Part shown: positions 38,192 through 51,052 of the stretch, piece after piece | Position numbering within the stretch: position 1 is the first letter of the stretch | Layout: each line of letters opens with the position of its first letter | NCBI GenBank assembly: GCA_051294905.1 | Contig: CM119372.1 | Span: forward strand, 19,842,001 to 19,902,000 | Source: Botryllus schlosseri | Taxonomy: Eukaryota | Reading direction: 5' to 3' | Length of the DNA: 60,000 bases | Notes under the pieces: model-generated | What the model was told of the DNA's origin: nothing | Databases searched by the model: none | The model's input: only the letters and a program-made list of their open reading frames with translations | Position numbers and translations under genes: made by a program

Positions 38192-38512
38192 TTACATTCA
38201 ACCGGAGAAAACGGCTGGAGATCTATGGACGAAAAAATCGTCCCTGCCCGAGCAGCCGCCCGCCGATACAAACCGATCACTGTTCTCGCCGAACGGCAAC
38301 ATGACTGGATTGACGAGATTCGATACCGCACCGAAATCCATATCCTCGCCGCCTCCGCGTTTCCCGGGGTCAAGTCAAGAAGACCCAATAGACAAGCAAG
38401 TGGCCGAGTTACTGAGCGACGAAGACGAGAGCACGGCGGCGAGAGAAAAAAGAATCGCGGACGTACCGCCAATTCCAGGCGCCGTACCGCAGGAAGCTGC
38501 ATGATGACTTGA
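38192..38512 (+). CDS. Probable terminal coding exon of an unidentified gene; reading frame unresolved
   Basis: Clean acceptor (cgttatttcag, AG 38190-38191) followed by a GC-rich island. Frames stay open to 38304, 38504 and 38512; the 38504 frame (YIQPEKTAGDLW..DPIDKQVAELLSDEDES..QEAA*) looks most protein-like. Upstream exons not established. Confidence 0.45.
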   Translation, partial: LHSTGENGWRSMDEKIVPARAAARRYKPITVLAERQHDWIDEIRYRTEIHILAASAFPGVKSRRPNRQASGRVTERRRREHGGERKKNRGRTANSRRRTAGSCMMT

Positions 38513-40048
38513 TTAGTCCACGTCACAAAGAGATTTCTTGTGCGAGAGAATTCGTGTAACAGTAATAACGACGCCAAACCACCGCCTACATCTCCACGTT
38601 ATATTTGTAAATAGGATGAATCGCCATTGTGTTCGCGGCGAATTTGTTTAAAATCTGCGCTATTCCTGGAACGTCACATTGCAGGAATATCAAATTGTGC
38701 TGCGGTCTACGCTTTAAACAAGGTGACACAAACTAGGTTACGAATCTTATTGATGAGGTTCTCGCACGGAACGGCCGGCGTATTACTTCGTTAGTTACCG
38801 GATCGCGTGCCGTCGCTAATTGACATGAAGGGTGATCTCGCGGGATTTTTGGTATATTTGTCAACGCGGCCGTGACTTTTCTCAATCTAATCTGCTTGTA
38901 TCGAATATTAAACTCTCGCGCTAAATATCAAGTAGGATCACGCGAAAATCTTCGATAGTATCGCACTGACAATGTTGTAAGCCCTGTTATCTGTTCGCAT
39001 GCGACATCCTTCGGTCTAACGAGTGTTGTTGCGACAGGACACTGGTTGCTGGTCGCATGACAACAAGATTTCAGGGCTATAAATCTTGTCCATTCGATCG
39101 TGCGGTGTTTTGCTAAGATTTCGCGCGATTACTGATGGTTGCTTAGCGTAATACCTAGTAAAATCACCACAATTTATTCAACATATTTGGATTCTTTTTC
39201 CAACCCGATCCTGAATGACACTGATAGAAATTATCTACAAGTAGTAATATATGACATTTAATCACCCTCTTTTTAAGGAATTACAGGGTATTCTGCTGTT
39301 CATTTTTTGCATTTAAAGCTTTCTGCTATATAGTTTCTTAGTTACAATGATGTCCGATATCAAATCACCTGAATGCAAACTAATGGATCGATGTGATGTG
39401 TTTGTCAATTGAAATGTATATGTATAATGTAAATACAAAATATATGTGTAAATCCTTCGTTCATCAATGGTTTAGATTCCATATATAGGCTGTGAGTTTG
39501 AACGTTTATATCCGAAGAAGCTTCACACCAGCTCGTATATGCCTAACCTACATGTAAATATCATCAGCTTCCCGAAACATTGTGTAGTCGATTCCGAAAT
39601 TACAGCGCAGAACGAAAGCAGCGAAAAAACAAACACCAAATTGATAACATTTTGGCGTGACTCTGGATTAAAGCACCCTAGGCAGATTGAGATGCCGATC
39701 AGATGTCTTGCCACAAAACTACACACTGGTAGCTAAGTAAAATAAACAGTACAATGCCGCGTCTTGTGGGATTGGGCCTAGTTGACACAAAGTCCAAATG
39801 AGTACCGGGCAGCGAAATGCCAACTATACGTCGCCAACGCCTCGATGTGCGGGCATGGAACACGAAAAGATTGCAGCAAAATACAATGTCAATGAAATGT
39901 CCTTTTAAGCATCAGCATTCCATAGTCCATGTATAAGCGCTCTGGAGGTATAGATTTGAATAAGGTTACTCATAGTTTCCACGGGTTGTGTATCGGATGT
40001 AAATGTTTCATTGCATTGTAAAAATACAGTATACAAGTTTAAATAAAG

Positions 40049-40357
40049 TAGGCTTACTATAGTTTGGAAATCTAAAAAGAGGACAATTTTTCAGAAATTT
40101 GAGACTTGCAAAACCGGAGAAGAATTCTCAAAGTTCGGTGAACTTTTCCCACTTTGTGATTGGTTGACTAAAAAAAAAAAAAAAAAAGGTAAACTTTTAC
40201 GGCATATCACTCGCATCTTGCTCTAAATATGACCTAAATTTTCAAAAAAGAGGACAAAATCTCAAAAAAGAGGACAAAAGGGCGTCCTCCGTGGACACTT
40301 TCAAAAAAGTCAAAAAAGAGAACAAATCATCTTAAAAGAGGACGTATGGTAACCCTA
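40049..40357. mobile_element. Small hAT-type MITE with AAAAGAGGACA repeats
   Basis: TAGGCTTACTATA...TATGGTAACCCTA; exact TSD AAATAAAG. Confidence 0.8.
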
Positions 40358-40766
40358 AAATAAAGCATCACGCTCATGTGGATCGTCATCACTTAAAACA
40401 ATTATAAATTTATGTGGGGGTTCATAGACTTCATTTGATAACTAGGTATCGTACTACTTTCCATTGACTAACAGTTTGATCCTCGCCACTTGCCAGTCAT
40501 AGGCAGAGGAAGGTAGAGTGTGAGAGCTACTTTCCGAGACAACTATGCCCGGTTCGGACCTATACTTCTATGCGTCGGAGGTTTATCTGGGCTCCTCATC
40601 GTGGACTTCTCTGCATATGCAGTGTCGTACGAAAAGTCCAGATGAAGTAAGTAAAGTCGAGCTTACGAAAATCGGCTGCAACTGACTCTGACGAGGACGC
40701 GTGCGAGAGAGAGTGAAAGACGTGGATGAGAGAGTGACTGGAAGTCGTCCGCGGAAATCGTTTTGT

Positions 40767-41226
40767 TTGAAATCTGGGCATTGCCGATTAAACGCCCATT
40801 TGTTTAAAAATGGAATAGTTGAATCTTTTTGTTGTAGTTACTGCCGCTATCCCGAAACCGTCGAACACTTTATAATCTGTTGTCCAAAAGATGCTTTTCA
40901 TCGGAAATTTCTTATAAATAAATGTGCTCAATTGAAAGTGAATTATTTTTGTATTGCCGATTTACTCCTTGATCCTCAAATAACTCCTTATGTCGTTGAA
41001 TTTGTGTTAACGTGCAACCGCAATTTGTAACCTGAGTTTATCATTCTATTCTGATATTTGATTTGTGTTTTGTGTAACCGTCTTACCATCATGTTGTTGT
41101 GACCTCAGAATATCCACTTTATTCCGTTATTTCGTCATTATTCGGGTACAATGTTATTGACCTTGGCGCAAAAGGCCGTCAGGCGATAAGCTCCATTATT
41201 TTTGTTTAAAAAACAACAACAACAAC
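40767..41226 (+). mobile_element. 5'-truncated non-LTR retrotransposon (I/Nimb-group-like) 3' end
   Basis: LKSGHCRLNAHLFKNGIVESFCCSYCRYPETVEHFIICCPK matches the ORF2 C-terminal zinc-knuckle pattern (GHxxLNxHL..CxxC..ETVEHFLxxCP); stop at 41030; (AAC)n tail at about 41212-41226. Confidence 0.8.
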
Positions 41227-44200
41227 CTGTTGCACAATTCGATCATGATGCGTAACGAGTATCATGTAAAAGGGATATGAAACAGCTGACTAATTAGTAC
41301 GAAGAAACAATCTCCGTTTAAATATTTACAGCATGCATTGTAATGATGCCAGCGAATGATGCCAGACTGGAATTGTTGTGTGTCAAGCGGTTTATTCGGA
41401 TTACCTGATGAAAAGTCGTCCGAATGTTGCCCGTGATATTTTAGCAACGCAAAAGTCATGCTGCGGCAATGTAACATTCGCGAAAATTGCACCGTGAACT
41501 ATGCATCGCTGTAAAGCGACCAGATAAAATGTAAGCTGCAATACCTTACAACAATAATACATTTCGCGGCTGACGGTACCAGCCGACGTTCACAGTGAAA
41601 ACAATACATTTGTTACATGGACAATGATTCGTGATTTGAGCACGTTGAACAAGAATATTTATTGTACTGATCACGTTCTTACCATAAATTGAACGCTACA
41701 GCGGTTGCATGAGGAGAATGCTTCTTTCGGAACTTGGGAATCAATTCAGTATTGAGAATTGCATATGAAAAAATATTAACACTTCAAAAATCGATCCGAA
41801 TTACGGAGTTTATCTGTTGTGAAACGGCTCCTTCATCAACGTGTCAGCAAAACCTCTGCGTACCAGATCTTCACCACGAAATTAAGATAGTGTTCTCGAT
41901 TGTCAACATACTTCCCAGTATAGTCTATCGGTTACTTTGGTATGTCCTTCTCGGAATGGATTAGGACACATATGATTTGAAGGCGATACAATGGACATTG
42001 GACAAATAATACATCATTGTACGATGTGATTTGGAGTATCAAACTAGGATAAATTCATAGGGTTCAATTGTCATATATGCTACTGAGCTCCCAGGAGAAT
42101 CATGTATGTATAACACCATGTTGTGCGTAAACGACATTGTTTCACAACATCATGTATACATTGAGCAGGCCTACGAAGAGTTCCAATGCACGCTCATTTG
42201 GAAGAGACAGTAAGTATACATATTTACATAACCAAAGATAATAATTATAGGACCAAGGCTCGATAGCATTCCACATGTAAAAAAAACGTAAAAAATGTTC
42301 AATCAAATGTGCTCACTATATATACTCAAACTCAACCTAAAAATCGTAACCAGTTTGGTAGTGCGAATCAGCGTGTTACTATCTGCGCATGCATTTCGAC
42401 TATATCAAAGTGGAATCTGCTGAGTACCAATAGTTCTAGCCATAGTTGCATATATAACAAACTGTGTTTTAAACAAATGCCTTTATGAACAAATCAAAAT
42501 TCTGTTTTTTACTCAAACGTTGTACTATTCTGCCAGAATTGTTTAAATGCTTTCGAAAAACATGTAGTATGAGCCCAGGAACAATTAGCACCCAATATTG
42601 TCGGTATATACGATATGGAGTGGCTGGAACCCACGAAACATGGTTGGCTCGACAGTTATAGAAAGTAGATATAGATAACTGGTACGGAATGGATGTTTTA
42701 GTGATGACGACCGCCCACCGAAAAAATTCTGCATAATGATACAGTCCTGGTTAAAGATACTTTTGGTATGTTCATGACAGTGGTCGAAAGCCATTTTCGT
42801 CGCTGGAGCCATATTTACCCTATATTTTCAATTGTCAATGCGCATTCCTTTTGACATGACAATTAAAGATTTAAGGCTAGAAAAAAAAACATGTTTTAAA
42901 CAAGGGTCATGTTTTAAACACTACGATTAGTTAAATCAGCCTGTGGAACCGGTCTTATAATGTGATCCGAGTTGAATAAGAAGCATGAGAAACGGGAGAG
43001 ATTGGAAGAAGACAAACGGAAAACCTTTAAACGCATAAAAATAACTAGTAATTTGTTCGATAGAAATAGTGTGGATTTTCAGTTACGTCTCTAAGAATTC
43101 AAATGCATGCGATGAAAACGCGATGTGCGATATAAATCTTCCACAGTCACTCAAACACTTTAAGCGGACACTCTGATCAAAATGCCGACTTTTAATATTC
43201 ACTTGAAATATAAAATGGCGGTCTATGATAAATCAGCTGTATGTGATCACGATCAGTCTATTTTTTCTCTCGCTGCTGCTTTATTTAGTTACTTTTATTC
43301 ATCTTTATCAGAAGTATTACTGATTATGCGGTGTCTATGGCGTTACATTTTCCTGTTGGAATTTTTAATCAGCAACTGAAGGTGGAAATGTTTTCAGTTA
43401 TGCAATATTGGCTACATACCTAATTTTCTCTCCAAACGGACCATATTCCTCATAAGAGACTGCGCGACTAAGCCTAATTTTGCGTTGTTGACTTATACGG
43501 TTGGATAACCTGTAAGATATTCTTCTTTGTCATCCGATTTTTGCCGTGTAAGGGTTGCCGTGGCAGTTGTGATACGCATTATAGTTAAGCTGCTTCTTTT
43601 TCGTACGTACCTTCCCTGCCGCAACCCTACCTATATTGCTTCGGGCTTGGGACCTGCACTGGAATAGTTTGTATACTTGCTCCCCAGTTTTAGTGTGGCT
43701 GCGGCCAATGGAATTTGATCCCGAGCCTGCAGATTGTGTTCCTGAAAAGTTGCGGTCAGCAAAGATAAATACGACAACCTCATACGGAGAATAGTAGTGC
43801 TGGATATTCGAAATTGTGATAGATCTCCGAAGTTTCTCTAAGGGATCTTTTTCGCCCCTGGGATCGTCATTGCTAACATTGAAAACGGAGATGAAATATA
43901 TAGCATTTGCGCAGCTGGTTAAATACAGTCCTCTATGAATGTTACCTATAGTGTACTGGCTGACACTTACAAATCAAATCATGACATAAGATGATTTGTA
44001 AGTGGTGAACATTCGGGATAATGCTGAAAGTGAAGCAATTGTTCCCTATGCAGCACAGCACAGTTTTCCTCGCATAGACGCCTGTAATACAGATGTTATC
44101 AAGAGCACGTTCATACAAATGAACCACATATTGCAAAATTAGATGTTTTATTTCATATATAGGTTGCCTCAATAATAAAATACATGTATTAAACAAGGGG

Positions 44201-46406
44201 CTTTGTGTTTTAAATGTATTTTCATGTTAAACACAACCCACCAGTATCCTCACCAACGAAGTACATCCAAGCGACGAACGAATCACAAGTAACACTTGTG
44301 AATCCTATACGTCACGACGACGCGCCTATACCTTACACATCGCAGAAAACACGTGCTTGTAGCTTACACGCATATATCATCACTAATCGCCGCAGAATCA
44401 CTTTACGCCGCAAAAGTTAACGAGCATGCACTGTAAATGACAAATAACTTGCATGTGTGACTAATCAACAGAACGATTACGGTAATACGTGAATGTAGTT
44501 GTAGTCATGAAGGTTATTGCTGCCGCCACGATGCGATTGTCTTTCATGTATATGTAAACCAAAATGAGTACCACGGCCATTGATGCCGATGTATATATAT
44601 ATGTGACATTATTACCCAAATAGCATATCTTTTATGTTCGCAAAGTATATTTAGTTGAATCACTTATACTTGACTTATCTGATCTTACGGTATGTTTCGT
44701 TTTCTCTCTCTATATATATATATTACAGATAACAACTTGATAATTCTCGAGGAACGTGATCATCGTACAACTGGTGGTTCTAATGAAAAATATGGTTGCT
44801 TTGTCGTGAGGTAAATAGTTTTTTCTCATTACCTATTATTCAGGTTGTCTTATCGCCAATGATGTCATAACAATACAAACTGGGTCAAGGGATTATGTAA
44901 GATGTATTGGTGAGATGCAAGGCCTTTGCGCACATCGCAGTTATATGTCATAGAGGAGGAAGTCTTCTTGTAAAGTAGGCTGTATTATTGCTTTCATGTC
45001 CGAATCTTCGGAATTAATGAGATTTGTTTTGCGTGAGTTCTAGCTACAATGCATTTTTTCAAGTGGGTCTATATTGAAAGCAAGAATAAGAAACACGTAA
45101 ACATGTAATTTCCAACCTATACCGGATAGATTCAATTTTCGTCATTATGGCAGCCTGCACTTGACTGCTAAGTGGTAAGGTTTGAAGTGTTTGTGACACA
45201 AGTAACGGAAAAAGAGCTTCAGACTGCTTCCACAGGCGACGCCTTGCTTCATAGTCGACATTCGCATTTCCGACCCATATTGTTACATTTGGAATCTTTG
45301 GAAGAATTTGGGATCAATTATTCCTATAAATCGATGACGTGGTTTCACGAAAATGACAAGGGGTTGCAACTAGAGCCCGCAATTGATATCAGACTTTAAG
45401 ACAGACACCGATAACACCGATTATTGCCCATAAACCGATATATTCTGCCGACATCAAAATGTGAAATATTACTGGTACAGAACTACTAATTTATCAGGAA
45501 TATCTCTATGTCTCTGCTACTGAAATACAAATTGAATGACATATATCGCAACAATGTTTTGGGTCACGACTGTACCGGAACTGTGCGACCAGAAGCGGCA
45601 CAAGTCATACGTTGATATCAACTAAAACGTTTAGTACCGTCTTTTTTGTTTTCGCGATAAATTCCCGCAGCTGAGGTAATTAATAGTCATAAGTTGATAT
45701 ATAGTCGGAATGGTGAAGAATAGTGTGAAGTCCAGTACGGAAACTCCCAACTGACACTTTCCATCAGTAACGGTAACAGTCACGGTTACTTGAAAAAATA
45801 CACCACATATCCGCTTCATTTATTTATATTAAAACTGCAGTAGAAAATAAAAACATCATTTCCATCCCAAATGGAAATCTTAGTATTTTTGTCTTACTGT
45901 ATAGTTGAGGAAACACAACTTTTCGGCATTCTCACCAATGATTGAACTCCTATATATAGTGTTCGTAGGTCATCTATACCCGACTAACAACAGAGAATAA
46001 CTCCCATACCTTACTTTTACCCAACAGCCTCGATAAAAAGCACCAACATTTCCTGTAACCGTTCAAACATCAGGGAAGCATGTTTTGACCTACTAGAAGT
46101 TCCGCTCTGGTATTAGCCTTTAACCAGTTTCCACAATTACTCTGTACTGATCTGACAGTACCGTCGTCTATTGCTTCAATCCACATTTTATAGTAGTAAC
46201 AATTGTTGGCGACGCAATGCTTAGAGAGCAGGAAACATGGGAAAATCGTAACGGGTAATGACCACAGTGCACGGTAAATGAAGGGATGGCCTGATAAGAC
46301 AGATAGATAAATATCAGCCGGAGGTCGACGATACCGATAATGAAGAAGACGGATATTGGCAAGTCTTATATCGGTCAGGCTTGGGTCAAACCCTCGGCGT
46401 ATCCAG

Positions 46407-47309
46407 CAGTGTTGGGATGACTCGAGTCAACTTTTTCGTATGACCTGACTTGACTCGAGTCACTTTGGAAAAATGACTTGACTTGACTTGACTCGAAGTT
46501 TCAAAAATGTGCATTGACTCGTGACTCGGAGCAAAATTTACGAGTCAATTTCAAGTCATTAAGTAAGCGGTGTCGAATAAATCACTGCATCTTGTGTATG
46601 TTCGGATTGTTCGAGATACGCCGGTGTCACTTGTGAGAACAACCAGTCATTCAATGATTGTATGTTACAAGATTCCTCAATTGTTAGATCACAAATAAAT
46701 TCACCGCAAAATAGAAAATTAATCTAAATAGCAATGTGTCTCTGATTCTTAGACGGCTCAATGCTTACATTGCCCAGTACTCACATTTACCAATCCACTT
46801 GTATGATTTAAATCGAACGAATATATTGTGTGCGTTTATATTCTCACGGAGGTGTATAGATGGGTAGTGTAGGCTATTTATTGTACCATATCAAATTGTT
46901 TCAACTTCTCGAAGCTTCGTATTAGGTCCTATATTTTGACTGATCAGAACTGACTGTAGTTTGTAGCTGTACAGTTACTTAAGTACTTTATTAGCAGTTC
47001 TACGTGTGCGTGAGGGATACACCTTCTTTTTGCATGTATAATAACTAGATATTCGTCATTTGATTAAGATAAATGATTAATTAATTTGTCGTTCATACAG
47101 CTAGCAAATGTAATGACTTTGAATCATCACTCATACTTCGAAAATTCTATTTGACTTGAATTGTGACTTGACTCGTGACTTGACTTGACTTGACTTAACT
47201 CGAGTCACCTTTGAAAATCGATTGACTTGACTTGACTTGACTCGAGTCAAAATCTGCAATGACTCGAGATGACTCGTGACTCGAAGGGGGTGACTTGATC
47301 CCAACACTG
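46407..47309. mobile_element. GACTT/GACTC-rich hAT-type MITE
   Basis: TIR CAGTGTTGGGAT / ATCCCAACACTG; TSD GTATCCAG/GTAGCCAG; (GACTT)n arrays at both ends. Confidence 0.9.
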
Positions 47310-48753
47310 GTAGCCAGTGGGGAGAAAGGTGCTCTTGATGTTCTACTCCCAAAGTTAGATTTAGTAGCTTGTGATGCCGTCATTTTGTATCGACTCTTTG
47401 TAATTAGTCATGCCGAGATGTTCTCCTCTCAACATTTTCGTTTCGGTTACGTCCATGCCTCTATTGTGATGACTTTACCTAATTGCAAATATATACCACT
47501 TGAAACGCTACCCAAAGCGCCAGCGTGCTCTCGTATGCAGCAGGTCTATTTTTATGTCAGTGAGCTTCGCGCTGATTCTGGTTGAAATTCGCTCCGAGAA
47601 CATATATCTCCTCTAGAAAGAAAAGTTACGATTGAAAAAAGAGAATGAATAGCTACATAGTGAATGTATCAATATTGCGTTTATCGATTTGGGTTGAGTT
47701 TACAGCATGCACTCAATCTATCCAGCAGAGATTGCAAAATCAATAATAAGTTCCAATATATATATAAGTAGGCATATCGAAAGATGTAAGCAAGTCTGGA
47801 TCACTGATTGTATCTTTCCAAAAATTACAAAATGCCGCTATTATTACTACAAAGAGGTACGGTTCCGAATTAATTACTGTACACCAATGTGGTTTCGAGG
47901 TCCATTACTCTTTAGAATTCTGAATGCTGCATTCATAAGTCGTGAAAATATACTGAATTGATGTACGCAGAGAGCATCTCGTTCGAAAATGAGCAAGCAC
48001 TCGATGGGAGCTTAAAATCAGCAAGTAGGCATTGATCTCAGGCTCAGACCGACTCACGTGTCTACAACCCGTGAAAAACCCATCAATTTCGTCGAGAATC
48101 AACATATAAATACCAAGCTTCGCTAGTATGCATTGTATTAAATATAATGCTATTGACAATTGCTCATACTCATAAGCAAATGTAAAGACACGAAACGGTG
48201 CCTTTTTACCCTGCCATCGGTTAAGCAATAAAGTTCAATGAGTTTGAAACGGGATTGATATGCCAAATTGGGAAACTGTGGCGAATTTCAACAATTTAAA
48301 GCAAGATTCGAGTAGCTGTCTCCTACTCTGATTATCGAGTCGGCGTTCGAAAATATTTCTAGAATCCAAAATAAAAATCGCCGAGAAATGATATCACCGC
48401 ACTACATAAATGTAGGACAGTCTCATTAGTCGCTAATATCAGAGATACGATATGATATGAAATATTAACCCAATGGCGTCTAGAAAATAACGAGTGCATG
48501 ACCGCGTTTCACTGTTCTCAACCGCAGAGCGGAGACGGAGTAAATTTTTTTCCCTTTTCTAAAAGATGAATGTGAACAAGAATATATAAGCTGATGTATA
48601 CGAAGGCAACACTACAAAGGACGAAAACCCAGTTGTAGAAATGCATGATATTCGTCTGAGTGAGGTTATGAAATACGATTTGGTTGGATCGTCACAGATT
48701 CCTTTTACATTTTCAATTTACCTTTTCAGATATATGTATCTGTAAATCCTGTG

Positions 48754-51052
48754 ATGCTTTTAAAACCAATGATGAATTCTCGTTCGATATTATTCATGCA
48801 CCACTTTTCAACAATACTATTTTTTAAGGTAAGAAACGACTATATTCTTCGAAAGGGTGTCGCTTTTTGTTGTTGTTGTTGTTGTTGTTGTAGGTTATAT
48901 TTGCTGATCAAACAATCAAAAGCCTCAATTAATTTCTCGTTAGGATCATTACCGCTACTAGATATCGGGTTGAGATGTGACCATATCAAAACTACGGGTC
49001 AGCTAATCAGCCACAAAGACGGCTAATTGCCAGTCGTTTGTATATTATTACTAAGCGGCCAGGATATCTGTTCGTGTGATGATCGGTGGTCGTTTCTACT
49101 TTCAAACTGTGATGTGATAGGATCGATTATCGTGAGGCATGCTCGTGTTAAAGACGAAGGAATTGAGTCGCAAAATTGCTTGTCACTTGTTCAATAAAGC
49201 GGTAGAAAGATATTGGGAATATTAGGTAATCCGTTCACAAAGGTGTTAGGGAAACACGTCCTTATTACTAGAATTGATACAACTGATTTTAACCGTTGAG
49301 AATTCTTGCTTTACAGACAATAACACTTGTGATATCAGCGCCGCTACAGACGCAACACAGCCGAGAAGTAAATTCCGTAACTACCTGGAACGAAGTTCAT
49401 AGCTTTGTCGCAAATCGCGTACATAAATCCGACGAATATGTATTAACATTCGAAGGATACGTTTCTGACCTGCTGGCGGCACACCCGCATCTTTCTTCAC
49501 GAGGTAAGAAAAAGTCTTGCGCAGCATGAGCCTACACACCGGCCGATGCCGTCTGTGTCATGACCACGATGATTTGGAGTAGGGATATTAGGTTGATATA
49601 TCGGTATAGCGTAATTTGTAGCTTAAATACAAACGTCTTTCTGATCACATTATAAAAACGCGCGCTAGGTTGTATCTAAAATTAAAAAATCGTTATTACG
49701 ACGATGTTTTCTATGGTGATTAGTATATACCGGTTATTATCGAAGGTTGGTTGTATAACGTAGCAGATCACGACAAGTGTATGCGTAGAGATTACAAATT
49801 TATTGTTTCTATGTTAAATGTGTCATATTTTTAGAAATTTTTCGCCGATCAAAAGAGCGATTTCCCACTCACGACGAGGACACACGAAGGACACATCACC
49901 ACGCAAGACGGGCAGTGCCAATCAGGTATAACAGCTGATTGTTACTTAGCTACATCAGATATATGTTTGCTGTCGCACATGAAATACTAAATTAGCGTCA
50001 TATCGGTTTATGAACTAGTACATGCCGACAATGTCATTACAAGTAAGCAGGTATTAAAATATCATCGCTAATTAACAAGTACTAATTATTGACTAACATA
50101 ATCTAGCATTATTTCTCATAGTTCATGATCAACAGGCCGCGCAGGCTTCAGTATAGAATGTCACGAGCGTATGATTGTCCGTGCGGAGTCCGCAGTCCAT
50201 GTAAGCACGCTATTTTAGACTGTGTTTTCATTCGGTACATAATAAAATGGCGTAGGTATACATGGCATTAGTAGTCCTTGCACCACAACAAACACGGACC
50301 GTTTACAAATATATCTTCGACACATGACTAAGCCATTAACTGATTTCATGGTAGCTGTTTTATACGAATATCGCTTTCGTAGCTTGCAATCTAGTCTCAG
50401 ATGGTATGTCGCACGAAACTATGTCTCTGACGGTAGCCGTTTGGACATGTTCAAACTCTAGAAGGATTCTTCCGCGACACATTGATAATAAACAAGACAA
50501 GAGTATGCCATAAAAGTTCGATAACATCTTTCGCAAAGTGACTATAGTGCTCGAAACATTGATATCCCATGCTAGGTGTCCCGAAGTACCTCTTTAATTG
50601 TGCAATATCTCCTGATCTGATTTCATCTACATACATATTCTATACTTCAAGGAGAGACAAAATAACGGAATTATTCACGACCGATGACTAATAACAAGTG
50701 GGCCAATCGTTTTTATGAATGACCGGATAATTTAGGTACAATACCAATGTACGTAGTATGCATGGAGTGGAGAGTATCCCATACCTCGCGGACTATTTTG
50801 TGACATTTCACAGAAACCTCTGGAAATGTTATAAAAGTAAAAGGAAAGTATCAGTTTATAATCGTGCGTCTTTATTTCAGACATGGGGACAGATATCGAT
50901 GCTGGACGAACAAAGTAACGGGTCGCATGAGGTGCGAAGTCAGGCACCGACCGTTAGACACGATCTCCATACCCAGATCGAAATCCTTCCGCCGGCCACC
51001 GCGCGGAAAACGCTCGCTTCGTAGGCAAAATTCACTCGATCCGATGTCCTAG
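48754..51052 (+). CDS. Secreted peptide precursor B (osteocrin/natriuretic-motif-like, predicted C-terminal amidation), 4 exons, about 169-174 aa
   Basis: Exons 48754-48828, 49317-49503, 49835-49925, 50881-51052 join in frame through GT-AG introns (phases 0,1,2). Hydrophobic N-terminus (..SILFMHHFSTILFFKTITLVISA/PL), dibasic site ARR, then AVPIRHGDRYRCWTNKVTGRMRCEVRHRPLDTISIPRSKSFRRPPR-GKR. Start ATG could be 48754, 48769 or 48772. Confidence 0.75.

Noticed and set aside
18980..47309. GACTC, CTACTT and GGCTCC short-repeat arrays as CRISPR-like or coding repeats
   Set aside because: No constant repeat with unique spacers; the arrays are subterminal motifs inside TIR/TSD-bounded MITEs in a eukaryotic genome.
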